Virus record (IMG/VR): IMGVR_UViG_3300025305_000017
Location: 1 to 61,126 of that record
Strand: one strand, 5' to 3'
Source of the DNA: a virus
Lineage: Duplodnaviria > Caudoviricetes
Length of the DNA: 61,126 nucleotides
Numbering within the stretch: the stretch's first letter is position 1; each line of letters starts with the position of its first letter. Shown piece by piece: positions 1 to 7,697 of the stretch. The translations under genes and the position numbers were made by a program. The notes under the pieces were generated by a model. That model worked only from the letters and a program-made list of their open reading frames with translations. It was not told the origin of the DNA and did no database searches.

Positions 1-15
1 GGGGCGCACAGAAGG
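1..15. repeat. Terminal direct repeat / circular assembly overlap (same as 61112..61126)
   Basis: GGGGCGCACAGAAGG occurs at 1..15 and at 61112..61126. Confidence 0.9.
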
Positions 16-331
16 AATCGACGGGGGGTAGGCTTTTGGGGATGGGGTGCAAAGAGGAGTTGCTATGAAACTGAGAGGATCGGGTGAGCAGAACTGCCTG
101 TGATGGCGTGGGGCGGACCCGTCGTGCCTCAGGGGGGGCCGGGGGTACCCCAGTGGCATGGGCTGGTCCCCAGCAAGTGGCCGGGGCCGTGGCGCAGGCC
201 CAACGGGTGCCGGTGCCAGCGCTGATGGCCGCTGCGTCGACCGGGCGCAGCCATAGCACCAAGCGCTGCATGGTTGCCGGGGAGCGCGCCGCAAGAAACA
301 GGGCAGGGGTAGGGGCACAAATTATTTTGTG

Positions 332-859
332 TTAGCCGGTGCCGGTCTTGTCAGAGAGCAAGCGAGCCAGCCGCTCTTCCAGTTCTGTGCGGATGGTTTC
401 GGCATCGCGGGCATCCTCAGTCACCAGCCTGTCTTGGAACAGCGAGCCGCCTTGATCCGCTAACTTTCCGATTAGTTCAAGCGCGCGGACCCTTGATGCA
501 CTGTTGCTGTCTGCACCTTTGCCAAGGGCTTCGACTTCGAGCCTAGATATAATGAACTCTAAGCGAGAGTGCGCGCAGAGCAGTGCATGTTCATCTTTCT
601 GCGTTTCCAGCGCCTGTCGCCTACTCCTAACCTTATCCTGCGAAGCCAACAAGCTAGCCTTAGTCCACACAGTCTGGTCTGTCATGTTCCCGGTATTGTA
701 GTTCGCCCGGTATGCATCGCTCAGGGACATAGGCTTGCCGTTTTCATCACGGCTCATTAGTGACCTTACAAAGCCAGCTTGCTTGGCGGTTAGCGGCACG
801 TCCCGCTGCGCGACCAAAGACCCATCGACCAGTACCAAGTGGGGTTTCTTCTTTGTCAT
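332..859 (-). CDS. terS: Terminase small subunit
   Basis: LTAKQAGFV..AYRANY..ASLL HTH-like N-terminus; C-terminal SRVRALELIGK motif typical of TerS; co-oriented with and upstream of terL on the circle. Confidence 0.8.
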   Translation of the reverse strand: MTKKKPHLVLVDGSLVAQRDVPLTAKQAGFVRSLMSRDENGKPMSLSDAYRANYNTGNMTDQTVWTKASLLASQDKVRSRRQALETQKDEHALLCAHSRLEFIISRLEVEALGKGADSNSASRVRALELIGKLADQGGSLFQDRLVTEDARDAETIRTELEERLARLLSDKTGTG

Positions 860-1525
860 GTCTTAGTCCCTCTCATTTATGTGATATACGTTCTCTTAGC
901 CCCAGCCAATCCTATTGGTCTGTAACTCTCCCCATCAATGGGGATACATCCGCGCCCTTAAAGCCCCGCAAGCCACTTGCTCTGCGCCGGTCCCTGCCAA
1001 CTGGTATGCATCAAGTCTCAGGCCCCTAAGGTTTCTTATGTCTCCCTCTTACACTGAAGCGTTCCCTGAGTGCAATCACTGCGTGCTTGCTAACGCCGGG
1101 CGTGATCATGGGGAACTATCCGACACAACCGGGACATAACATGTATGCCCGAATCTGTCACATGCCAAAATCGGTCACCCATTCCCGTCCCATCGACACT
1201 GCCTTGCGACAGTGACATCGCCAACCATCCATCTGCGATTGCAGGGGAGCAATCCATGCCAAGTCGGTCATTATCCTGTGGCTGCCTCAACACAGCCCAA
1301 CTGACCCATTTAACCCCTAATTCACCCTATCTAAGCACCTTACAGAAGTCGAATGCCTCTGTGAGGCTCTAGGAAGCTCACTGGTGAGCATTAGTTTTTT
1401 CTGATAGGAAGGTAGCCGAGCATACCGGCATGGCACCTCAGTGACGCTTACAAGGAACGTTTTTTCGGGCCACTTGTTGGGGAGTGCATATTTGTCACAC
1501 AGTATACTTAATCGTCGCTAGGTAG

Positions 1526-1554
1526 CTTGTATTCAACCCTAAGCGTCACTATGT
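1526..1554 (+). promoter_or_regulatory. Putative sigma70 promoter (alphaproteobacterial type) of the early operon
   Basis: CTTGTA-N17-CTATGT resembles CTTGAC-N17-CTATAT; predicted TSS ~1560-1561 coincides with the 5' end of a long RNA stem. Confidence 0.55.
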
Positions 1555-1560
1555 CCCTTA

Positions 1561-1815
1561 TGTCATCTTCTTGTTACGGTGACCGGCTCGCGACCGCATT
1601 CACAACGCGACCCCCGGGCGACCAAGGTGTCGCATAGGCGGGCGAAGTCAGGCGCTAGACGTGCTGACCGCTCTGACCCCGCACCCGCGATGCCCCTAAG
1701 AAGTTCGCGCCCGTGGGAGAACCCCAACCCGTCTGTCGGAATGTGCGTGTCGCAAAATGGAAAAAGCCCCATTCGGGGTACCTGAAAATATAGGTTCTTG
1801 TGACAAAAGATGACA
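1561..1815 (+). ncRNA. Putative structured rod-like RNA / leader RNA
   Basis: Nested helices with G-U pairs: 1561-1579/1798-1815, 1590-1601/1739-1753, 1615-1620/1708-1713, 1626-1633/1687-1694, 1638-1642/1678-1682, 1647-1651/1673-1677. Confidence 0.65.
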
Positions 1816-1948
1816 AAGCCAGAAAGGTGGAAGCATTACACGCAGTGGGTAAGAAAGGACTACGCTGACCTGTTGGTCAGCGCATCCTTAAGTGCATTCA
1901 TAGTGGTGCATTTAATGATGCGTTGAGCGCATCTGAGAGAGAGAGCAA

Positions 1949-3025
1949 ATGAAAAATCTTATTTCGATGGCAGACCTACCCGATGTTATTCGGACTTCCC
2001 ATCGTATCCAAATCGATACGCCTGAAGAGGGACAGCCCCTATACGTTCGAGGCCCCATCGGCGTCGGTAAGAGCCAATGCCCAAAGCAAGTTGCCGAGGA
2101 AGACGGCACCTATTGCAAAATTGTTAACTTGGCCGACTACCAGCCCAGCGAGATCTCTGGTTGGGTCACACAGGTAGGCGACCAGATGGCGCAACTTAAA
2201 CCAAGTTGGTTCGTCGACATTCTTCGCGAGGCTGACAAGGGCCGCGCATCAATTCTGGTTCTTGAGGAATTTGGATTGTGTGATCAGGACCAACAGCGCG
2301 CCGCTGCTAAAATAGTATGCGACCGCACGGTTGCTGGGGAGCAACTGCCTCCCAACTGCCTCATCGTAGCCAACGGAAACCGACGCGAGGATCGAGTCGG
2401 AATTAGGGCAATGCCAGAGCATCTTGTGAGCCGGTTCAGCCATGTCGACGTTGAGGCTGAACTTGAACCGACCCTTGCTCACTTTGCCAAAATAGGCGTC
2501 GACCCAATCGTCAGCGGATACTTGGCGTTCTCAAAAGACTCGCTTCACCGGCATCAGCCTGATGGAACGCCGTTCCCATCTCCCCGGTCGTGGGTCGCGG
2601 TTAGCCGCATCCTCAAAGCTGGCGCGTCAAAGACAATCGAAAGTGTCTTGATCGCTGGGAGGATCGGCGTTGAAGAAGCAGCCAAGTTTATCGGCTTCCA
2701 AAATTTGGCACACTCACTGACAGTGCCGTCGAAAGTTTTCGCGTCACCCGACACTGCGCCGGTCCCCACTACCGACGATGGCGACCCAGCTATGGACGGT
2801 TGCTTTGCGATGGTCTCCGCATTGGTTGCGGCGGTCTCGACAAAGACGGCCAGCGCCTTGGGCGTTTATCTCAAGCGCTTGCCGGTCGAGCTTCACCCTG
2901 TCGCAGGGGCTGCGCTCAAGCTGCGCAACGAGGGCCTAAAGGCGGAGGGCAAGCCTCAAATAAAATCCGCTGAGATCGCTGATATCTATGTCGGAACTCA
3001 GCAGGTTCTAGCTGAGGACGATTAG
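1949..3025 (+). CDS. MoxR-like AAA+ ATPase
   Basis: Walker A GPIGVGKS, Walker B ILVLEE, ANGNRRED, LVSRF arginine-finger region, FPSPRSW motif. Confidence 0.85.
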   Translation: MKNLISMADLPDVIRTSHRIQIDTPEEGQPLYVRGPIGVGKSQCPKQVAEEDGTYCKIVNLADYQPSEISGWVTQVGDQMAQLKPSWFVDILREADKGRASILVLEEFGLCDQDQQRAAAKIVCDRTVAGEQLPPNCLIVANGNRREDRVGIRAMPEHLVSRFSHVDVEAELEPTLAHFAKIGVDPIVSGYLAFSKDSLHRHQPDGTPFPSPRSWVAVSRILKAGASKTIESVLIAGRIGVEEAAKFIGFQNLAHSLTVPSKVFASPDTAPVPTTDDGDPAMDGCFAMVSALVAAVSTKTASALGVYLKRLPVELHPVAGAALKLRNEGLKAEGKPQIKSAEIADIYVGTQQVLAEDD

Positions 3026-3084
3026 CACCTTGAAGAGGGTGTATGAATGGTACACCAAGCGCCCGGGGTTCATCCCCGGGCGCT

Positions 3085-3134
3085 GCGTATCGGGCTAGCT
3101 GCCCGGCTGACGATTCCAACTACGGATGAAACGC
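3085..3134 (+). ncRNA. Type III hammerhead ribozyme 1
   Basis: GCG-UA | UCGGGC-UAGCU-GCCCGG, core CUGACGA, stem II UUCC-AACUAC-GGAU, GAAA-CGC; predicted cleavage after 3089. Confidence 0.8.
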
Positions 3135-3154
3135 TCACACAGGAGAATCACAAA

Positions 3155-4120
3155 ATGGCTAATGACATCTATGCTAAGAACGGCTTGCTTGTCGGCCTAA
3201 GCGCGAAGTGCTTGGGCTGGGAACGCAAGGATGATCACATCACCCGGGCCGTGCAAGAGCAGCACGGCGTCGGTGACGACGCTGGCGGGTGGCGCAAATG
3301 GCTGTTGCCAAAGTCACTCGTTCATGGGCCTCAAGAAATTGTCCGCAAGGCGCGCACCATTCACGAGCGCCTCACGGTTGCGTGGGGCACAAAAGGAATG
3401 CGCTACCTTCCGCTGGAACACTTCGATGTGTACACCGAAAGGTTCGAGAAACTCAAAGGCGAGTTTGACAAGGCAGTGTCCGATTTGCAGGGGAAGGTTC
3501 CCCAGTACATTGAAGATCAGAAGCAGCGCCTCTCAAACGCCAACGACGGCACTACGCTGTACCGCGAAGAAGACTATTCGCATCTCGCGAATATCGCCCC
3601 GTCGTATGATTTCATACGGAGGGTTCAAGCAGTCCCTAAAGAGGGCGACCTGATTGTCGACCTCGTTGGCGAAGAGCTAGACAAACTCAACGCCGACGCC
3701 GCTGCAACCCGCCAAGTGTCGGCGGACGCTGCCAAACTGGATCTAGCCAAGCGCCTCGCCAAGTGCGCCAAGGTTATTGACGATGCGCTCAAGGGTTTCA
3801 GCGTGACGCGCGTCAGGAAGTCGGGCGGAAAATATAAAAACGAGGCCACCCGCAACGGCGCTCCCGGCGCACGTCTCGCTGAGAGCATGATCACCAATCT
3901 GCAAGACCTCATTGAGATCGCTGATGGCTTGAACGTAACCGGCGATGCCGACTTGCGCCAAGCCATTGCCGACGTTCGCGACGGCAGCTTGGTGAAATAT
4001 GACGTTGATGATTTGCGCGACCCAACAGCGTCAGACGTTGTTGAGCAAGTGCGCTCTGATGCGTCTGACCTCGCCGCCAAGATGGCTGGGTTCATTGGGG
4101 CCGACGACCAAGGCGACTGA
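3155..4120 (+). CDS. DUF3150-like protein of the AAA/vWA system
   Basis: ATG at 3155 with AGGAG RBS; helical protein with K-LLP, TVAWG and YREEDY motifs; lies between the AAA and vWA genes. Confidence 0.6.
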   Translation: MANDIYAKNGLLVGLSAKCLGWERKDDHITRAVQEQHGVGDDAGGWRKWLLPKSLVHGPQEIVRKARTIHERLTVAWGTKGMRYLPLEHFDVYTERFEKLKGEFDKAVSDLQGKVPQYIEDQKQRLSNANDGTTLYREEDYSHLANIAPSYDFIRRVQAVPKEGDLIVDLVGEELDKLNADAAATRQVSADAAKLDLAKRLAKCAKVIDDALKGFSVTRVRKSGGKYKNEATRNGAPGARLAESMITNLQDLIEIADGLNVTGDADLRQAIADVRDGSLVKYDVDDLRDPTASDVVEQVRSDASDLAAKMAGFIGADDQGD

Positions 4121-4174
4121 TCGCAGCGCCACTGCCCATCTAGGTCGATGGGCAGCACGGTGCGACCAAGCACC
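4111..4174 (+). repeat. Repeated hairpin element, copy 1 (26 bp identical to 7052..7077)
   Basis: AGGCGACTGATCGCAGCGCCACTGCC, then stem CTGCCCATC/GATGGGCAG and stem GGTGC/GCACC. Confidence 0.75.
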
Positions 4175-4189
4175 TGAGAGAGAGACAAT

Positions 4190-5593
4190 ATGAGTGGTTT
4201 AGTTGCAAAGCTAAAGTCGGGGATTGTCGACCCCGGCGCTGCCATCAAGCGCATGGTAGTAATATCCAAGATCAAGGTCTTGGTTACGCATCCCTTTACG
4301 GGATGCCGATTGCTGCGAATGAAAGTGCTTTACACAACAGCGCTTTCGACTTGCGGCGTCGACGGCACTCACTTGTTCGTTAACCCCGATTACTTTTCCA
4401 AGACACTCGACAAGCCCAAGCGCAAAGGCGTTTTGTGGCATGAAGGTGCGCATGTTTGGATGATGCACCATCTGCGTCGGGGCGACCGCGACCCTCACTT
4501 CTATAATCTGGCTGGCGATGGCGTGATTAATTATCACGCAATCAAAGAGGGTTTTGAACTGCCAGAAAATCACATTTCCTTCGCATCCTTGAGAGCGCAG
4601 GGGTATGACCTCCCTCTGAAAGACGGTGAGTACACCACTGACTCGCTTTACGATGCGCTCATTGCGCAAGGCAAGAACCCCGGCGACCAGCCCGGCAAGA
4701 ACGATGGCGGCGACGACGGCGACGACGGCAAGACCGGCGACCAGCCGGGAGAAACCGGCGACGACGGCGACGACGGCGAAGACAGCGACGACGGCGACAC
4801 TGGTGAGACGGGTGACGGCGAAGGTGCCGACACTGGCGAGACTAGTGGCGGCGAAGACAACCAAGGCGAAGATCCTTTTGAAGACGTTGGCGGCACCGGC
4901 ATTGTCATAGATGCTGAGGACGACGACGGAGAATCTTTGAAGGGTACGGAACTCGCTCAAGCGCAGCGTGAACTGGCGGGTGAGATCTTTAATGACGCGC
5001 AGAACGCAAAGAGCCGGGGAAAGTTGCCCGGGAGTATCGCAGAGTATGTAGACTCTTTGCGCGATGCCGTGATTGATTGGCGAGAGAAACTCGCGCGGTT
5101 CTTCAATCGGGGTTCCGATTTTAGAAGTGACCCCAATCGCATCGACAAAAAGGCAGCGCGCCGTGGCTTGTTTCTGTCACGCCGTGTCAAGGAAGGCACC
5201 GGCACTGTTGTCGTCGGCGTCGACACTTCAGCATCGGTGAGCCAGCGTGAGTATAAGGTGCTGATGGCGGAGCTAAAGGCCATCTGCACAGAGGCTGGCG
5301 CTCAAGAGGTTGTCGTGCTTTACGCCGACACATCGATACGGCACGTCGACATATTTGAAGACCCAAGCGAGATCGAAGAACGCGACCTTGGCCGCTACGG
5401 CGGCGGCGGCACCGACTTCCAGCCGGTCTTCGATTACGTTTACGAGAACGAGGTCGAAGTGGACACGCTGGTCTATCTGACTGACCTTGAGTGCAGACTT
5501 CCAGAGGAACCCGATTACCCCGTCCTCTGGGTCTCGACCACTGACGCCGTCGCGTCTTGGGGGGAGACCATAAAGCTAGACTCTACTGGCTGA
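4190..5593 (+). CDS. Zincin metallopeptidase-vWA domain protein (DUF2201-like)
   Basis: HEGAH..MMH zinc motif, Gly/Asp-rich linker, MIDAS DTSAS, GGGGTDF and YLTD motifs. Confidence 0.85.
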   Translation: MSGLVAKLKSGIVDPGAAIKRMVVISKIKVLVTHPFTGCRLLRMKVLYTTALSTCGVDGTHLFVNPDYFSKTLDKPKRKGVLWHEGAHVWMMHHLRRGDRDPHFYNLAGDGVINYHAIKEGFELPENHISFASLRAQGYDLPLKDGEYTTDSLYDALIAQGKNPGDQPGKNDGGDDGDDGKTGDQPGETGDDGDDGEDSDDGDTGETGDGEGADTGETSGGEDNQGEDPFEDVGGTGIVIDAEDDDGESLKGTELAQAQRELAGEIFNDAQNAKSRGKLPGSIAEYVDSLRDAVIDWREKLARFFNRGSDFRSDPNRIDKKAARRGLFLSRRVKEGTGTVVVGVDTSASVSQREYKVLMAELKAICTEAGAQEVVVLYADTSIRHVDIFEDPSEIEERDLGRYGGGGTDFQPVFDYVYENEVEVDTLVYLTDLECRLPEEPDYPVLWVSTTDAVASWGETIKLDSTG

Positions 5594-5627
5594 CGACTAT
5601 GACGCCCGGGGAGAACCCCCGGGCGCA

Positions 5628-5677
5628 GCGTCTGGGACTAGCGGTCCCATTGACATGCGGTGAGATCCGCGAAACGC
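5628..5677 (+). ncRNA. Type III hammerhead ribozyme 2 (variant core)
   Basis: GCG-UC | UGGGAC-UAGCG-GUCCCA, core UUGACAU (U3-A8 covariation, A9U), GCGG-UGAGAU-CCGC, GAAA-CGC; predicted cleavage after 5632. Confidence 0.75.
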
Positions 5678-5694
5678 AAAGGAGGATGTATCAC

Positions 5695-6582
5695 ATGCAA
5701 GAAGGAACTAAAGATGCGTACCAAGACTTCCTAAAGATGAGGAGGACTCTTGACGCCATGCGAGGAGTGATCGGCAACGAGGCGTTCAACGCCTTCATCC
5801 GCTCACTCAAAGACGACGACTTACACTCTTGGGATCAGCGGAAGATTGTTACGGACGCGCGGCCAGACATCGCTGGTGAACTAATGATCAGCCCCATACT
5901 CGACGCGCTTAAGCGCGTGCAAGACTATCGCGCAACGCGGTCCATTGACCAACTAAGGTACAACCAAGGGCCTACGTTTACCGGGCGCTGGGAAAGTCGA
6001 CTAAACTCCGTCACCAGCGCTTTCAATAGCTGGCGCGAGAAGGTCAAGGTGTCTTTGTATTTCGGGAAGAACGCCGACGTGATCGACGGCTTGAAAGACT
6101 CGCGAGTATCAACCGCCGGTTATTATGGCAACGAGCTACGGGTAAAGATCAAAGTGAATGCGAGGATCTTTACGAAGGTCATGCCGCTTTTCAACGGCGG
6201 CGAGATCCATGCGAGAGATCACTATTCTCCCGGCGATGGCCGTGAGAGTTGGGATCACTTGCCGCAAGTCGAGAGGCTGGGAAACACCCGCACCGGAAAA
6301 TATTTCCAGTATTTAATCTACGATATTGGGGAGCCGGTGTTCGACTTTCCAAAGGATCAAGAAATTGTCCCGATGGAAAACGGCATCCGCGCGTACCCGG
6401 TTGATGTCATTGAGGTCGTCGGTCCATTAGGTGATCGCAGCCTTGACGTGTCGAAGAAGTGGCTGGCATTCATGGGCAAGCACATCAAAGAGGACACCGT
6501 CACGGCGGTACACGATTCGCCGCGACAGGCTTACAACCTCTGCCGACAACGGTTGTGCCGCGACATGGTGGCGCAGTTATGA
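5695..6582 (+). CDS. Hypothetical protein
   Basis: Long ORF; AAGGAGG RBS 9 nt before ATG 5695. Confidence 0.7.
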   Translation: MQEGTKDAYQDFLKMRRTLDAMRGVIGNEAFNAFIRSLKDDDLHSWDQRKIVTDARPDIAGELMISPILDALKRVQDYRATRSIDQLRYNQGPTFTGRWESRLNSVTSAFNSWREKVKVSLYFGKNADVIDGLKDSRVSTAGYYGNELRVKIKVNARIFTKVMPLFNGGEIHARDHYSPGDGRESWDHLPQVERLGNTRTGKYFQYLIYDIGEPVFDFPKDQEIVPMENGIRAYPVDVIEVVGPLGDRSLDVSKKWLAFMGKHIKEDTVTAVHDSPRQAYNLCRQRLCRDMVAQL

Positions 6583-6788
6583 GGCGTACAATTGAGCAAT
6601 GGCGGCGGACGGCGGTGACTATCGCCGCCAACCCCGCCCACTATTCACCATCGCAGCGGTGGATAGCTTGGGCTTTTCTGTACGAGCAGAAAACCGGCCA
6701 GCCGTTGCGCCAGATTAATAGTGAGTTCCCCGGAGGGACACAGTCACCCTCTTGTCGGGGAGCGGTCCAGAACAAAGAGGAGGAGTGA
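6579..6788 (+). CDS. Hypothetical protein
   Basis: ATGA overlap with the upstream stop (MRRTIEQW...). Confidence 0.5.
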   Translation: MRRTIEQWRRTAVTIAANPAHYSPSQRWIAWAFLYEQKTGQPLRQINSEFPGGTQSPSCRGAVQNKEEE

Positions 6789-7061
6789 ATGGACCCCATA
6801 CTGCATACCTTGGTGGCAATGGCCGCATTGGCCGCTGCCTATTACGGCGGTACGTTTGTAGCGAGGCGAACCGTATCGGAATATGCGTTCGACCGCATCC
6901 TCCGCAAGTTGAATGAGGACGGTTTCGTTGCCATCACCGTAGATGACGATGGCGACTATGCTCTCATTCCCATTCGGGAAATTGTCGAGACCGTGGCTAC
7001 CGATATTCGCAGGGGCGACGGTGAAATCGTGGACAGACTGTTGACTAATCTAGGCGACTGA
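6789..7061 (+). CDS. Hypothetical membrane-anchored protein
   Basis: GAGGAG RBS; N-terminal hydrophobic helix. Confidence 0.65.
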   Translation: MDPILHTLVAMAALAAAYYGGTFVARRTVSEYAFDRILRKLNEDGFVAITVDDDGDYALIPIREIVETVATDIRRGDGEIVDRLLTNLGD

Positions 7062-7097
7062 TCGCAGCGCCACTGCCTATCGCAGACGGTAGGCAGC
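7052..7097 (+). repeat. Repeated hairpin element, copy 2
   Basis: 26-bp identity to 4111..4136; stem CTGCCTATCG/CGGTAGGCAG covaries with copy 1. Confidence 0.75.
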
Positions 7098-7172
7098 TTA
7101 CTTGAGCGAGAAGGAAGTCAAGTCCCTCGTTCGAGATGGGGTTACCGTAAACATCACCGCCGACGCAGACGA

Positions 7173-7697
7173 CTAGGCGACAAGCGACGGTTGCCGGTGG
7201 CGACCGTCGCCGCCTAACTTGGCGGTAAAATATTCATCCAGAATCGCAAGCGCTCTCGCAAGTGCTGCGATATCCTTCCCTTTTATCACGCGCCGGTCCT
7301 CAAGAACCGCAGCAAGAATCACATTCTTGGCGTGATCTCCCCCCAATCTTTTGACGACCCCGATCATCTTTCCCGCATCCGCATAGGCTATCGCTTGCCG
7401 CTCGGATATGGTGTGGTGTGGTGTGGTGCAACCCCCACGTTCCCAGTTACTGCTGCCGCCGCCTATCATGCGCGCCCGAAAAAGCACTGACATGAAGTGA
7501 TCAGCGGTGTCATGTTGGTGTGGTGTGATCTTCTGTGCGAGAAGAAGCCTGTCGATCTCGCAACTGTCGACGCGCCTGATCCTGATGTCACCAGCACGGG
7601 TGGACGCTGCCTCTAAAACGAACGTGCCGTTGCCGTTGTCGAAAGGCTCAGAGATCTTTCCACCAAGATTCTTCTTTAACCCACTCGCTAACCTCAT
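7173..7697 (-). CDS. Hypothetical protein (possibly DUF6456-like regulator)
   Basis: GAGGAG before ATG 7697; IDRLL..KIT..Q..TA..F pattern; follows the primase gene. Confidence 0.55.
   Translation of the reverse strand: MRLASGLKKNLGGKISEPFDNGNGTFVLEAASTRAGDIRIRRVDSCEIDRLLLAQKITPHQHDTADHFMSVLFRARMIGGGSSNWERGGCTTPHHTISERQAIAYADAGKMIGVVKRLGGDHAKNVILAAVLEDRRVIKGKDIAALARALAILDEYFTAKLGGDGRHRQPSLVA

Noticed and set aside
84-335. Short ORFs at 84..335, 129..320 and in 860..1800
   Set aside because: No RBS or protein-like features; better explained as non-coding or structured sequence.
3030-3060. TTGAAGA plus hairpin resembling a hammerhead half-core
   Set aside because: Lacks GAAA and stems I and III; treated as a plain hairpin.
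3047-3154. N-terminal extensions of ORFs 3047..4120 and 5557..6582
   Set aside because: They run through the hairpin/ribozyme cassettes; good RBSs support starts at 3155 and 5695.
4678-4870. GACGACGGC repeats as a CRISPR or other DNA array
   Set aside because: They are codon repeats of the Gly/Asp-rich linker in the vWA protein, with no repeat-spacer structure.
4211-4960. Long antisense ORFs (for example 4211..4960, 3625..4275, 49066..49980, 51427..52176)
   Set aside because: Shadow frames of well-supported genes on the opposite strand.
5590-5596. CTGACGA overlapping the vWA stop codon as a third hammerhead core
   Set aside because: No stem II followed by GAAA in the required position.
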